A DNA stretch of 64,000 nucleotides, taken from the NCBI GenBank assembly GCA_963754315.1, contig CAVWFS010000015.1, positions 64,001 through 128,000 on the forward strand. The letters are read 5' to 3'. Every line of letters starts with the position of its first letter. Position 1 is the first letter of the stretch. Below, in pieces: positions 23,649-32,738 of this stretch. The position numbers were made by a program, and so were the translations under genes. The stretch is from an uncultured Candidatus Rokubacteria bacterium (GTDB taxonomy: Bacteria > Methylomirabilota > Methylomirabilia > Rokubacteriales > CSP1-6). The notes beneath the pieces were generated by a model that saw only the letters and a program-made list of their open reading frames with translations, was not told the DNA's origin and made no database searches.

Positions 23649-23834
23649 CTACAACGTTGCCACGTCCTCCTCCCGATCGCCGCGAGGGAGCCGGGCGGGC
23701 TCCTTGCCGCGATGGAGAAGATCACACAGGATGCGGTTGCCCTCGGCCCACCGATCGTCGCCGGACAACTGGTGATGTCCGCATAGAGAAGAGCCGTCGG
23801 TGAGCTCGGCTCCGCAGGAGGCGCAGAGGCTCAT
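23649..23834 (-). CDS. Small Cys/His-rich protein (possible zinc ribbon)
   Basis: CASC..LCGHH..LCDLLH; purine-rich putative RBS (GAGGAG-like GAGGA/AGAAG) upstream. Confidence 0.6.
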   Translation of the reverse strand: MSLCASCGAELTDGSSLCGHHQLSGDDRWAEGNRILCDLLHRGKEPARLPRGDREEDVATL

Positions 23835-23890
23835 AGGTCTTCTCCTCTGCCTGAAGAACCTCCCGCCGCCGCCGTTTGTTCCGAAACCTC

Positions 23891-24243
23891 CTAGCGATAC
23901 TCCGGCGCCGCCACGCCCTCGATCGCGACGTTGACACAGGCGGGCAGACCCGACCTTAGGGCCCGGTCGAGGGCCGGCGCGAGGTCGTCGGCGTCCTCCA
24001 CGAACTCACCGTGGGCGCCCAGGGCCTCCGCCAGCTTGTCGTAGCGTGAAAGCAGCAGCCGGCATCCGACGGCGCGCTCGCGCCGTAATGCCGGATCTGC
24101 AGCTGGTGCTCGGCGTTCCAGCAGGCGTCGTTTCCGATCACGGTCAGGATCGGCAGGATCTGGTTTCCCGACAGCGAGAAGAGGTGTCGCACGCCGGCCG
24201 CCACCAGCGCGTCAACCACGAGGTCAGCTCCTCGCAGGGGCAT
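23891..24243 (-). pseudogene. TPP-dependent enzyme (acetolactate synthase-like) with a large internal deletion
   Basis: N-terminus RGADLVVDALVAAGVRHLFSLSGNQILP is joined directly to the C-terminal ILTVIGNDACWN..RYDKLAEALGAHG..PACVNVAI; frameshift near 24081. Confidence 0.8.
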
Positions 24244-24285
24244 GGGCGTCACGCGGCCTCTGCGCGTTCGTTACAATACGGCTCC

Positions 24286-24813
24286 GTGGCCGAGCGCCGG
24301 AACCGGCACCACCTGTTTGTCATCGTCCATCTGCTGGCGCTGGCGATCGGGCTCGGCACGGCGTCGACGAGTGCAGCCGCCGATGCCCCCGGCGGCCTGG
24401 TTGGCCTGCGTCGGGTGAGTGTGCTTGTCGATCTGGAGCATCCCATCGACCCCGTGTCCGTCGAGGACTTGGTGACGCGCGTGGAGGAGGCCTTGCGGGG
24501 GACAGAGCCGCCCCTGGCCATCCACGAACCCGCCACCGACAGGATTCGGCTCATCGTCTCCGTGGGCCCGGTGAGCGCCACGACGCTCCGTGGATTCTGG
24601 CTCCCCCTGTCAGGCACGTACGGGATCGGTTCCGTCCGGCTGGCCGTGGAACGGCTGGTGACCCTGCCGGGCGCGCCACACAAGTTGACCGCCACCGTAT
24701 GGCAGACTGACCGTCGTGTGGCCGGGCCGTGGCGCACGATCGGCCCCGAGACGATGCATGCCGTCGACGAGTTGCTGGCCGAGCTTCTGGAAGCCCGCCG
24801 CCAGGTACGGTGA
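24286..24813 (+). CDS. Hypothetical secreted protein
   Basis: GTG start, signal-like hydrophobic stretch ending ASTSAA; TACAAT 8 nt upstream of the start. Confidence 0.6.
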   Translation: MAERRNRHHLFVIVHLLALAIGLGTASTSAAADAPGGLVGLRRVSVLVDLEHPIDPVSVEDLVTRVEEALRGTEPPLAIHEPATDRIRLIVSVGPVSATTLRGFWLPLSGTYGIGSVRLAVERLVTLPGAPHKLTATVWQTDRRVAGPWRTIGPETMHAVDELLAELLEARRQVR

Positions 24814-24816
24814 GCC

Positions 24817-25008
24817 CTACTGAGCTTGAAAGCCGACCTTGTTATGGGTGCCGTCGCAGAACGGCTTTGTCGTGGAGCTGCCACACCGACAGAGGGCAAT
24901 CCGCGGACGGGCGCTCGTATCGATCTTGTTGCCGGCGGGATCGAGGACCTCGACCTCGCCCTCGATCAGGTAAGGTCCGTTGGGGCGGCAGGCAATCTTG
25001 ACGGTCAT
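24817..25008 (-). CDS. CDGSH iron-sulfur domain protein
   Basis: NGPYLI and ALCRCGSSTTKPFCDGTH; start MTVKIAC at 25008. Confidence 0.9.
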   Translation of the reverse strand: MTVKIACRPNGPYLIEGEVEVLDPAGNKIDTSARPRIALCRCGSSTTKPFCDGTHNKVGFQAQ

Positions 25009-25090
25009 CACGGTCCCCCTTTGTGCGCGGCTCAGCCGCGTCGGGCCTACACTACCACGGTGAGAACGTTGCGTTGCAGCGCACACGGCG

Positions 25091-25105
25091 TACACTCGGG
25101 CCATG
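25091..25105 (+). promoter_or_regulatory. Putative -10 element, leaderless start of the radical SAM gene
   Basis: TACACT followed by 6 nt and then ATG; no SD sequence. Confidence 0.5.
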
Positions 25106-26524
25106 AACGAGCCGGGCGCGATCCTGCTCATCGCCTGTTATGAGCTGGGTCACCAGCCCCTTGCCGTCGCCTGGCCTGTCGCCTTCCTGGAACGTGCGGG
25201 GTATACGCCGGACGTGCTGGACCTCTCGGTCGAGCCGTTTGATGCCGAGAAGGTGCGGCGTGCACGACTGATCGCCCTCTCCGTACCCATGCACACGGCG
25301 CTCCGGCTGGGGGTGCACGTCGCCGAGCGCATCCGCGCCCTCAATCCCGGGTGTCATCTGGCCTTCTATGGTCTCTACGCGACTCTCAACGCCGACTACT
25401 TGCGCGAGCACGGCGTCGACTCGGTACTCTCCGGTGAGGTCGAACAGGCGCTCGTCGAGCTCGCGAATGCGCTCGAGGGCAATCACCGTCCCCTGCACTC
25501 GCCCGCACCACGGCTCGAGAAGCTCAGCTTCCCTCCCCCGAGCCGTCGTCTGCTTCCGGATCTGAAGAGATACGCCCGCCTCGAGCACGGCGGGCGTCAG
25601 GAGCTTGCCGGGCACGTGGAAGCCAGCCGCGGCTGTCGGCATCTGTGCGCGCACTGTCCGATCCCGCCGATCTACGGTGGGCGCTTCTTCGTGGTCCCGC
25701 GCGCGGTCGTGCTCGCCGACGTGAGACAGCTCGTTGAGGCCGGGGCCGCCCACATCACCTTCGGCGACCCGGACTTCCTGAACGGCCCCAAGCATGCCTT
25801 TGCCGTGGCGCAGGAACTCCACGCCGAGTTTCCTCACCTGACGTTCGACGTGACCGCCAAGATCGAGCACTTGCTCCGGCACCGGCACCGGCTGCCCGAG
25901 CTTGCCACTGCCGGTTGCCTGTTCATCGTGTCTGCGGTGGAGTCGCTCAGCGATGTCGTGCTCGGTCACCTCGCCAAGGGCCATTCGCGCGCCGACGTCC
26001 TCGAGGCCCTGCACGCGGTGCGCGGGTCCGGCATGACCTTGCGCCCGACCTGGGTCCCGTTCACACCGTGGACCACCCTCGACGACTACCGCGAGATGCT
26101 GGACTTCGTGGAGCGGGAGCATCTCATCGATGCCGTGGACCCGGTCCAGTACTCGATCCGGCTGCTGGTCCCTCCGGGCTCCCTGCTTGCGACCAGCCAG
26201 GCCATGCGCCCACACCTCGGGCAGCTCGTGGCCAAAGACTTCTACTACGAGTGGACGCATCCCGACCCGTCGATGGACACGCTCCAGCGGGCGGTCGCCT
26301 CCCTGGTAGAGGACGCCGCCGCGCGCGCAGAGGACCCGGCGGTCACGTTCGGGAGGATCCGCGACACGGCTGAGGCGGCCGCCGGATGCCCTCCGCGATC
26401 GGCCCCGATTCTGCCCGCCGGACGGCCACGCGCGCCCCGACTCAGCGAGCCCTGGTTCTGCTGAGCGGAACCTACTCGGGGCCAGTTGGCCCTCACGGAA
26501 AAGTCGGCTACAGTAGGAGTTTGA
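25103..26524 (+). CDS. B12-binding-like/radical SAM probable selenoprotein with CUAEP tail (UGA 26462-26464 read as Sec)
   Basis: EASRGCRHLCAHC (CxxxCxxC); C-terminus LSEPWFC-TGA-AEPTRGQLALTEKSATVGV*; hairpin just after the UGA. Confidence 0.85.
26478..26493 (+). promoter_or_regulatory. Putative bacterial SECIS hairpin
   Basis: g-gggcc-AGTT-ggccc-t stem-loop starting 13 nt after the in-frame TGA, with G at loop position 2. Confidence 0.55.
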
Positions 26525-26561
26525 GACGGTTGGTGACAGCATAGGTTCGAGAGGTGACACC

Positions 26562-26843
26562 ATGAGTGACGAGCTGAAGGCAAAGGTCCAAGAGCTCATC
26601 GATTCGACCATCAATCCGGCTGTGGCCGGTCACGGCGGCTTCGTCGAGCTGATCGATATCCAGGATAGCCGCGTTTATCTTCAGCTAGGCGGGGGATGCC
26701 AGGGCTGCGGCATGTCGGACGTGACCCTGAAGGCCGGCATCGAGCGGCTCATCAAGGAGGAGATCCCGGAGGTCGCCGAGGTCGTGGACACCACCGACCA
26801 CGCCTCCGGATCCAACCCCTACTACACGCCCGGCAAGGCCTGA
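26562..26843 (+). CDS. NifU C-terminal/NfuA-type Fe-S carrier
   Basis: INPAVAGHGGFVEL, GGGCQGCG, TLKAGIE, DTTDHASGSNPYY; GAGGT RBS. Confidence 0.9.
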   Translation: MSDELKAKVQELIDSTINPAVAGHGGFVELIDIQDSRVYLQLGGGCQGCGMSDVTLKAGIERLIKEEIPEVAEVVDTTDHASGSNPYYTPGKA

Positions 26844-26869
26844 GCGCCCGGCGCTCAGTCGAGGGGCAC

Positions 26870-28126
26870 GTGGATCGCCTGCTGCTCCTCTTACCAACCA
26901 CGACGTACCGGACCGAGGATTTCCTCGAAGCCGCCAGCCGCCTCGGGGTTGACCTCGTGTGCGCGTCAGAGAGCCCCAGCACCTTCGAAAGCCACGCGCC
27001 CGATAGGCTGTTGACCCTGGACTTGACGGATCCGGAGGGGGCGGCCAGCACGACCGCCCGCTTCGCCGAGCGTTACCCAATCCACGGGGTCGTGGGGGTG
27101 GACGACAGCACCACGGTCGTGGCGGCTGCCATTGCCGCGCGGTTGGGTCTTCGGGCAAACTCCATCGGCTCCGCGGCCGCCGGCCGAAACAAGCGGCTCA
27201 TGCGCGATCGGCTGGCCGCCGCTGGCGTTCGTCAGCCAGCCTTTCGCCCGTTGCCTCTGGACGGCGATCCGCTTGCTCTGGCCCAGGAAGTCGACTATCC
27301 GTGCGTGCTCAAGCCTCTCGCGCTGTCCGCCAGCCGTGGGGTGATCCGCGCCGACGACATTGGCCAGTTTACCGATGCCATGCTTCGCATTCGGGCGATT
27401 CTGGGCCGCGACGACGTCGCGGTGAGTGAAGAGGCGAAGAAAACATTCCTGGTCGAGAGCTTCATCCCCGGCTGCGAGGTTGCCCTGGAAGGGTTGCTGG
27501 TCGAGGGCGACTTGCGCGTGCTGGCCATCTTCGACAAGCCCGATCCCCTCGACGGACCATTTTTCGAGGAGACCATCTACGTCACGCCGCCACGTCTTGC
27601 TTGTGACGTCCAGAAGGCCATCGCCCACACGACGGCGGAGGCCTGCAAGGCCCTTGGGCTCACCAGCGGGCCCATTCACGCAGAGTTGCGCCTGAACGAT
27701 GACGGGCCATGGGTGATCGAGGTTGCCGCGCGCTCCATCGGCGGGCTTTGCTCTCGTACCTTGCGGTTCGGGACGGGTATGAGCCTGGAGGAGCTGATCC
27801 TTCGCCAGGCCCTCGGCTGGCCCCTGATGTCAACCGAACGAGACGATCGGGCAGCCGGTGTCATGATGATTCCAATTCCGCGGGCCGGTCGGCTGGCCGG
27901 CGTGCAGGGAGTGGAGGCCGCCAAGGCCGTCCTGGGAATCGAGGACGTCGTGATCTCGGCTCACCTCGACCAGGAGCTGATCCCCTTGCCGGAGGGCTGG
28001 CAATACCTCGGCTTCATCTTCGCGCGGGCCCAGACCCCGGCCGACGTGGAGGCGGCCCTGCGCGATGCCCACGCGCGGCTCCGCTTCGACATCGCCGAGC
28101 CGGCCAGGAGACCACTACCGTCATGA
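26870..28126 (+). CDS. ATP-grasp domain ligase
   Basis: RNKRLMR, YPCVLKP..SASRGVIR, LVESFIPG.E, HAELR, IEVAARSIGG; GTG start after GAGGGG. Confidence 0.88.
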   Translation: MDRLLLLLPTTTYRTEDFLEAASRLGVDLVCASESPSTFESHAPDRLLTLDLTDPEGAASTTARFAERYPIHGVVGVDDSTTVVAAAIAARLGLRANSIGSAAAGRNKRLMRDRLAAAGVRQPAFRPLPLDGDPLALAQEVDYPCVLKPLALSASRGVIRADDIGQFTDAMLRIRAILGRDDVAVSEEAKKTFLVESFIPGCEVALEGLLVEGDLRVLAIFDKPDPLDGPFFEETIYVTPPRLACDVQKAIAHTTAEACKALGLTSGPIHAELRLNDDGPWVIEVAARSIGGLCSRTLRFGTGMSLEELILRQALGWPLMSTERDDRAAGVMMIPIPRAGRLAGVQGVEAAKAVLGIEDVVISAHLDQELIPLPEGWQYLGFIFARAQTPADVEAALRDAHARLRFDIAEPARRPLPS

Positions 28127-28884
28127 CCCTCACCGAGATCGCCCAGAGCCTTCAAAGCTCCCTTTCGCTCACCTGGTCACCGGTGGCGATAGCCCTCACC
28201 GATTCGGCTCCGGCTGGCGTCCCCGCCTTCAGCGGCAAGGTGGCCGCCGGCTGCCGCTTCTGGCAGGAAGCCGCCACCCGGACGTTCGTGACCGCGCCAC
28301 GTGACCATGACCTGTGCGCGATCGGGACTTTCACCCATAACCTCGAGGTGAGTGCCGCCCACGAGACCGACCGGCGGGACGCGCTTCACGTTTTCGCCGA
28401 CCTCGGCTACGTGCGCCCGGAGGATATCCCCAACATTCCCGTACTCGCCCGGCGACCGGCCTTCGTGGTGTACGGACCCCTCGCCGATTCGCCGCTGCCA
28501 CCCGACGTCGTGCTGCTCTTCGTTCGTGCCGACCAGACGCTCATCCTGTCCGAAGCCTCACAGTCCCTGGAAGGCGGCCTCCCGCCGGCCATGGGCCGTC
28601 CGGCCTGCGCGATCATCCCTCAGGTCAAGAATACCGGCCGTGCGGCCCTGAGCCTGGGCTGCTGCGGAGCGCGGGCCTACCTCGACATCCTCACCGACGA
28701 CGTGGCGCTCTACGCGATTCCCGGACCTAGCCTCGAGGCCTTTGCGCTACGGGTCACCGAGCTGGCCAAGGCCAACCAGACCCTGAGCATCTTCCATCGC
28801 ATCCGGCGGAAGGACGTGGAGGGCGGGAAGACCCCCACGATCAAGGAATCACTGGCGGCCATGGCCACTGGCGGCGGAGGCTGA
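28123..28884 (+). CDS. DUF169-like Cys-rich protein
   Basis: PVAI, AGCRFW, LCAIG, PDVVLLF, GRPACA, SLGCCGARAY; ATGA overlap with the ATP-grasp gene. Confidence 0.75.
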   Translation: MTLTEIAQSLQSSLSLTWSPVAIALTDSAPAGVPAFSGKVAAGCRFWQEAATRTFVTAPRDHDLCAIGTFTHNLEVSAAHETDRRDALHVFADLGYVRPEDIPNIPVLARRPAFVVYGPLADSPLPPDVVLLFVRADQTLILSEASQSLEGGLPPAMGRPACAIIPQVKNTGRAALSLGCCGARAYLDILTDDVALYAIPGPSLEAFALRVTELAKANQTLSIFHRIRRKDVEGGKTPTIKESLAAMATGGGG

Positions 28885-28931
28885 GCGCGAGGGCGCCCCG
28901 TCCTGGCCCACCGCCCCAAGGAGGTTCGACG

Positions 28932-30710
28932 ATGCCGTCGACGAAATTCGCGAATCTCGTGGAGATGTTCGAGCGCTCCGCCAGCACGTTTGCGTCCCAT
29001 CCGCTGTTCGGGCTCAAGCGGGGCGGCCAGTGGTCGTGGATCACGTACCAGGACGTCGCCCGGCAAGTCGACGCGTTCCGGGGCGGCCTGGCCGGGCTCG
29101 GGGTAAAGCGTGGCGACCGCGTCGCCATCGTCTCCAACAATCGGCCGGAATGGGCGATCAGCGCCTATGCGTGCTTCGGCCTCGGGGCCTCGCTGGTGCC
29201 CATGTATGAGGCGCAGCTACCCACGGAGTGGGGCTACATCTGCGCGGACTGTAGCCCGGTGGCCATCATCGCCGCCACCGGTGAGATCTTCGACAAGTGC
29301 CTGGCGTTGCCCAAGAGCGTGTCCGCCATGAAGCACGTCCTCGGACTCGCGCTGCCCTCGGATCATCCGAGCTCGTTCGAGGGCGTGCTGGCCGCCGGCA
29401 CACGGAACCCCACGCCGGCCATACGTCCCGAGCCCACGGACACCGCGTGCCTCATATACACGTCGGGCACCACCGGCTACCCCAAGGGTGTCATCCTTTC
29501 GCACAGCAACATCGCGTCGAACATCAGCGCCGTGCACGAGATGATGCCCATGGGCGGCCAGGACAGAAGCCTCTCCTTCCTTCCCTGGGCCCACTCCTTC
29601 GGACAGACGTGCGAGCTGCACGCGCTCCTCTCGCTGGGTGCATCCATGGCGCTGTGCGAGGACGTGACCAAGCTGGTCGAGCAGCTGCCCGAGGTGAGGC
29701 CGACCCTGCTCGTGAGCGTCCCGCGCGTCTTCAACCGCATCTACGACGGCGTGCACCAGCAGATGGCCAGCAAACCCAAGGCCATCCAGAAGCTCTTCCA
29801 CAATGGCCTGCGCGCGGCCAGCAAGCGACGCCAGGGCGCTGTCCTCGGCACCGGGGAGAGGCTCGTCCTCGCGCTGGCTGACCGCCTCGTGTTCTCGAAG
29901 ATCCGGGCTCGGTTCGGGGGACGTATGAAGTACGCCTTCAGCGGAGGGGCCGCCCTCGCGCGCGAAGTGGCGGAGTTCATCGACAGCCTCGGGATCACCG
30001 TATACGAAGGGTACGGTCTCACCGAGACCAGTCCCATCGCCACCGGTAACCGGCCCGGTGTTCATCGCATCGGCAGCGTGGGCAAGCCGATCCCGGGAGT
30101 GCGGATCGAGCTCGATCAGAGCGCCTCGACCGAGGGTGGTGAGGGCGAGATCGTCGTGTACGGCCCCAACGTGATGCAGGGTTATCACAATCAGGAAGCG
30201 GAGAACCGCGCCGTCTTCACGTCCGACCGAGGCTTCCGCACCGGGGACCTCGGGCGCTTCGACGGGGACGGCTTCCTCTACATCACCGGGCGCATCAAGG
30301 AGCAGTACAAGCTCCAGAACGGCAAGTACGTGGCGCCGGCCCCCCTCGAGGAGCAGCTCAAGCTATCGCCCTACATTCTGAACGCCCTCCTGTTCGGCGA
30401 TAACCGGCCACACAACGTCGCGCTCATCGTGCCGGACATGGCTTCCCTCAAGCAGTGGAGCACCCGGCACGGGATCGTGACAACCAGTGACGAGGAGCTG
30501 CTCGCTCATCCGCGAGCGCTCGCCCTGATCCAGGAGGAAGTCGACCGGTACGCGGCTGGCTGGAGAGGGTTCGAACGGGTCCACAAGGTGACCCTCATCG
30601 CCGAGGATTTCACCACGCAGAACGGTTACCTCACCCCCACCCTCAAGTTGAAGCGGCGGGTGGCGCTGCAGACTTACGGGCCCCGCATCGAAGCCCTGTA
30701 CCGGGAGTAG
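28932..30710 (+). CDS. Long-chain fatty acid-CoA ligase (AMP-dependent)
   Basis: IYTSGTTGYPKG, EGYGLTET, RTGDLG, GRIKE, TPTLKLKR. Confidence 0.92.
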   Translation: MPSTKFANLVEMFERSASTFASHPLFGLKRGGQWSWITYQDVARQVDAFRGGLAGLGVKRGDRVAIVSNNRPEWAISAYACFGLGASLVPMYEAQLPTEWGYICADCSPVAIIAATGEIFDKCLALPKSVSAMKHVLGLALPSDHPSSFEGVLAAGTRNPTPAIRPEPTDTACLIYTSGTTGYPKGVILSHSNIASNISAVHEMMPMGGQDRSLSFLPWAHSFGQTCELHALLSLGASMALCEDVTKLVEQLPEVRPTLLVSVPRVFNRIYDGVHQQMASKPKAIQKLFHNGLRAASKRRQGAVLGTGERLVLALADRLVFSKIRARFGGRMKYAFSGGAALAREVAEFIDSLGITVYEGYGLTETSPIATGNRPGVHRIGSVGKPIPGVRIELDQSASTEGGEGEIVVYGPNVMQGYHNQEAENRAVFTSDRGFRTGDLGRFDGDGFLYITGRIKEQYKLQNGKYVAPAPLEEQLKLSPYILNALLFGDNRPHNVALIVPDMASLKQWSTRHGIVTTSDEELLAHPRALALIQEEVDRYAAGWRGFERVHKVTLIAEDFTTQNGYLTPTLKLKRRVALQTYGPRIEALYRE

Positions 30711-30719
30711 GGCCGACGG

Positions 30720-31638
30720 TCAGTCGGGGTCGGGGTCCGGGTTCGCAGTACCGATGCTAGCCGTTTCCCGCCCCATCCGTCGGAGCCAGGCTTCGACCAC
30801 GGCGACGAAGCGCGTGGGCGCTTCCAGCTGGGGGACGTGGCCGACGTCATCGAAAATCTCGAACGCCCAGTCAGGGCGCTTTCGAGCCAGCGCCTGGGAA
30901 GCGGCCAACGGCACGAGCCGGTCTTTGGTGCCCTGGATCAGCAGGGTGGGGGCAACGATCGTGCTGACCATCGCGTCGTACAGTCGGCGGCGGCGCAATA
31001 TGCCCAGCAGGGAGCGCGCAGCCTCCAGAAACGTCCGATTCGCCGCTGGCATTGTCGTGAGCCGGTCGGCGGTGAGCGCGACGTGCGCTCGGCGTACATC
31101 GTCCGGAACACGGGATGGATCGACACAGAGCAGGCGGAGCACCTCGCGAACGAGGCCCTCGGGACCCAGCCGTTCCCCGCGCCGGCGGAGATACCACTCG
31201 CCGACCCATGGGATCGAGTAGATGGCGAAGGCCTGCAAGATCTCGCGGTCGACCCGCGTCCCGGCCGGGAGGGGCTGCGCCGGCGCCACCAGTACGAGCC
31301 CGGCCACGTTCTCGGGGTGGAGGGCGGCCTCCATCATCGCGATAAGCCCTCCCATGGAATTGCCGACAAGGATGACGGGCTGGCCAACCGCAGCGAGAAA
31401 TCGATGCAAGGCATTCCCGATTGGCGGCAACGCGGGCCGAGCGCCCTGCCGGTGGCGTTCGGCCGAATCCTGGGAGATCCGGAGCGATGACCTGTGCCCG
31501 CTCCGCTAGCCTTGGCGCCACGGCCAGCCAGTTCGCATGCGAGCCGCCGAGTCCGTGGACGAGGACCAGACGGGAACCGGAGCCGCCGAAGTCCGCACAG
31601 TGCACGGGTCCGCCTGCGTCGACCGTTCGCATGTGCAT
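30720..31638 (-). CDS. Alpha/beta hydrolase, frameshifted near 31411
   Basis: LVHGLGGSHANW and DLPGFG in one frame; GNSMGG, GTKD and VGHVPQLE in another. Confidence 0.82.
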
Positions 31639-31754
31639 CGAAGACCGCCCCTCCTGGTCCTCCCGGGATCGTACATCACGGTTTGCCGCGACCGTCACGT
31701 CTGAGACAATGCGCCCAGACCTCCGGGTCGGCTATGACACAAAGGGGTGCGCCG

Positions 31755-32738
31755 ATGACCACGCACGTGATCGAACCACGGATGGAGCTGGAGCAGAACC
31801 TCCACCTGTACCGCCAGATGGCGAAGATTCGCGCCTTCGAGGAGCAGGTCCACGAGCTGTACAAGAGCGCCAAGATGCCGGGCCTGGCCCATCTGTACGT
31901 GGGCGAGGAAGGGGTGGCGGTGGGCGTGTGCGAAGCCCTGCGTCGCGACGACCTCATCACGAGCACTCATCGTGGGCACGGCCACTGCCTGGCCAAGGGA
32001 GCCTCCGTCAACCGGATGTTCGCCGAGCTGCTCGGCAAGGAGGCGGGCTACTGCCGCGGCAAGGGCGGTTCCATGCACATCGCCGATCCTGACACGGGGA
32101 ACCTCGGGGCGAACGCCATCGTGGGCGGCTCGGCCGGCATCGCGACCGGCGCGGCCCTGTCAGCCAAGATGCGACGCACCGACCAGGTTGCGGTGTGCTT
32201 CTTCGGCGACGGGGCCCTCGGCCAGGGTCTCCTCTATGAAGCGATGAACATGGCAGCCCTCTGGAAGCTGCCGGTCATCTACGTCTGCGAGAATAACCTC
32301 TACGGCGAGTACACGCCGTGTGGCGAGACCGTGGCCGGCGAGATCCTCGCCCGCGCCCGGGCCTTCGGTATCCACGCCGAGATGGTCGACGGCCAGGACG
32401 TCCAGCTCGTGCAGGCGACGATGCGGCGGCTGGTGGAGCGCGCGCGCCGGGGAGAGGGGCCGGCCTTCCTCGAGTGCAAGACCTACCGCTACTACGGGCA
32501 TCACGTGGGCGACGTCAACCGCGAGTATCGCTCGCGGGAAGAAGAGCATGAGTGGATGAGCAAACACGATCCGCTCGAGACCCTGGCCGGGCGACTCACG
32601 GCCGACGGCCTGGCCGACACGAGCGTCTTCGAGCGCATCCAGGCCGACGTGAAGGCGGAGATCGACACCGGCGTGCAATTCGCGCTGGCGGCGGCGTACC
32701 CGGCGGCCACTCAAGTCGACGAGGACGTCTATGCGTGA
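31755..32738 (+). CDS. TPP-dependent dehydrogenase E1 alpha subunit (acetoin/pyruvate type)
   Basis: HLYVGEE, STHRGHGH, GKGGSMH, FFGDGA..ENNLY, TYRYYGH. Confidence 0.92.
   Translation: MTTHVIEPRMELEQNLHLYRQMAKIRAFEEQVHELYKSAKMPGLAHLYVGEEGVAVGVCEALRRDDLITSTHRGHGHCLAKGASVNRMFAELLGKEAGYCRGKGGSMHIADPDTGNLGANAIVGGSAGIATGAALSAKMRRTDQVAVCFFGDGALGQGLLYEAMNMAALWKLPVIYVCENNLYGEYTPCGETVAGEILARARAFGIHAEMVDGQDVQLVQATMRRLVERARRGEGPAFLECKTYRYYGHHVGDVNREYRSREEEHEWMSKHDPLETLAGRLTADGLADTSVFERIQADVKAEIDTGVQFALAAAYPAATQVDEDVYA

Noticed and set aside
23407..23834. Small ORFs as RiPP precursors for the radical SAM/ATP-grasp cluster
   Set aside because: Opposite strand, separated by unrelated genes, no leader/core pattern, and no RRE, protease or exporter seen
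26841..28884. Additional selenocysteine readthrough at the TGA stops of the NfuA-like, ATP-grasp and DUF169-like genes
   Set aside because: The proteins look complete, the stops are not in Cys-like motif positions, and the ATP-grasp TGA is a standard ATGA overlap
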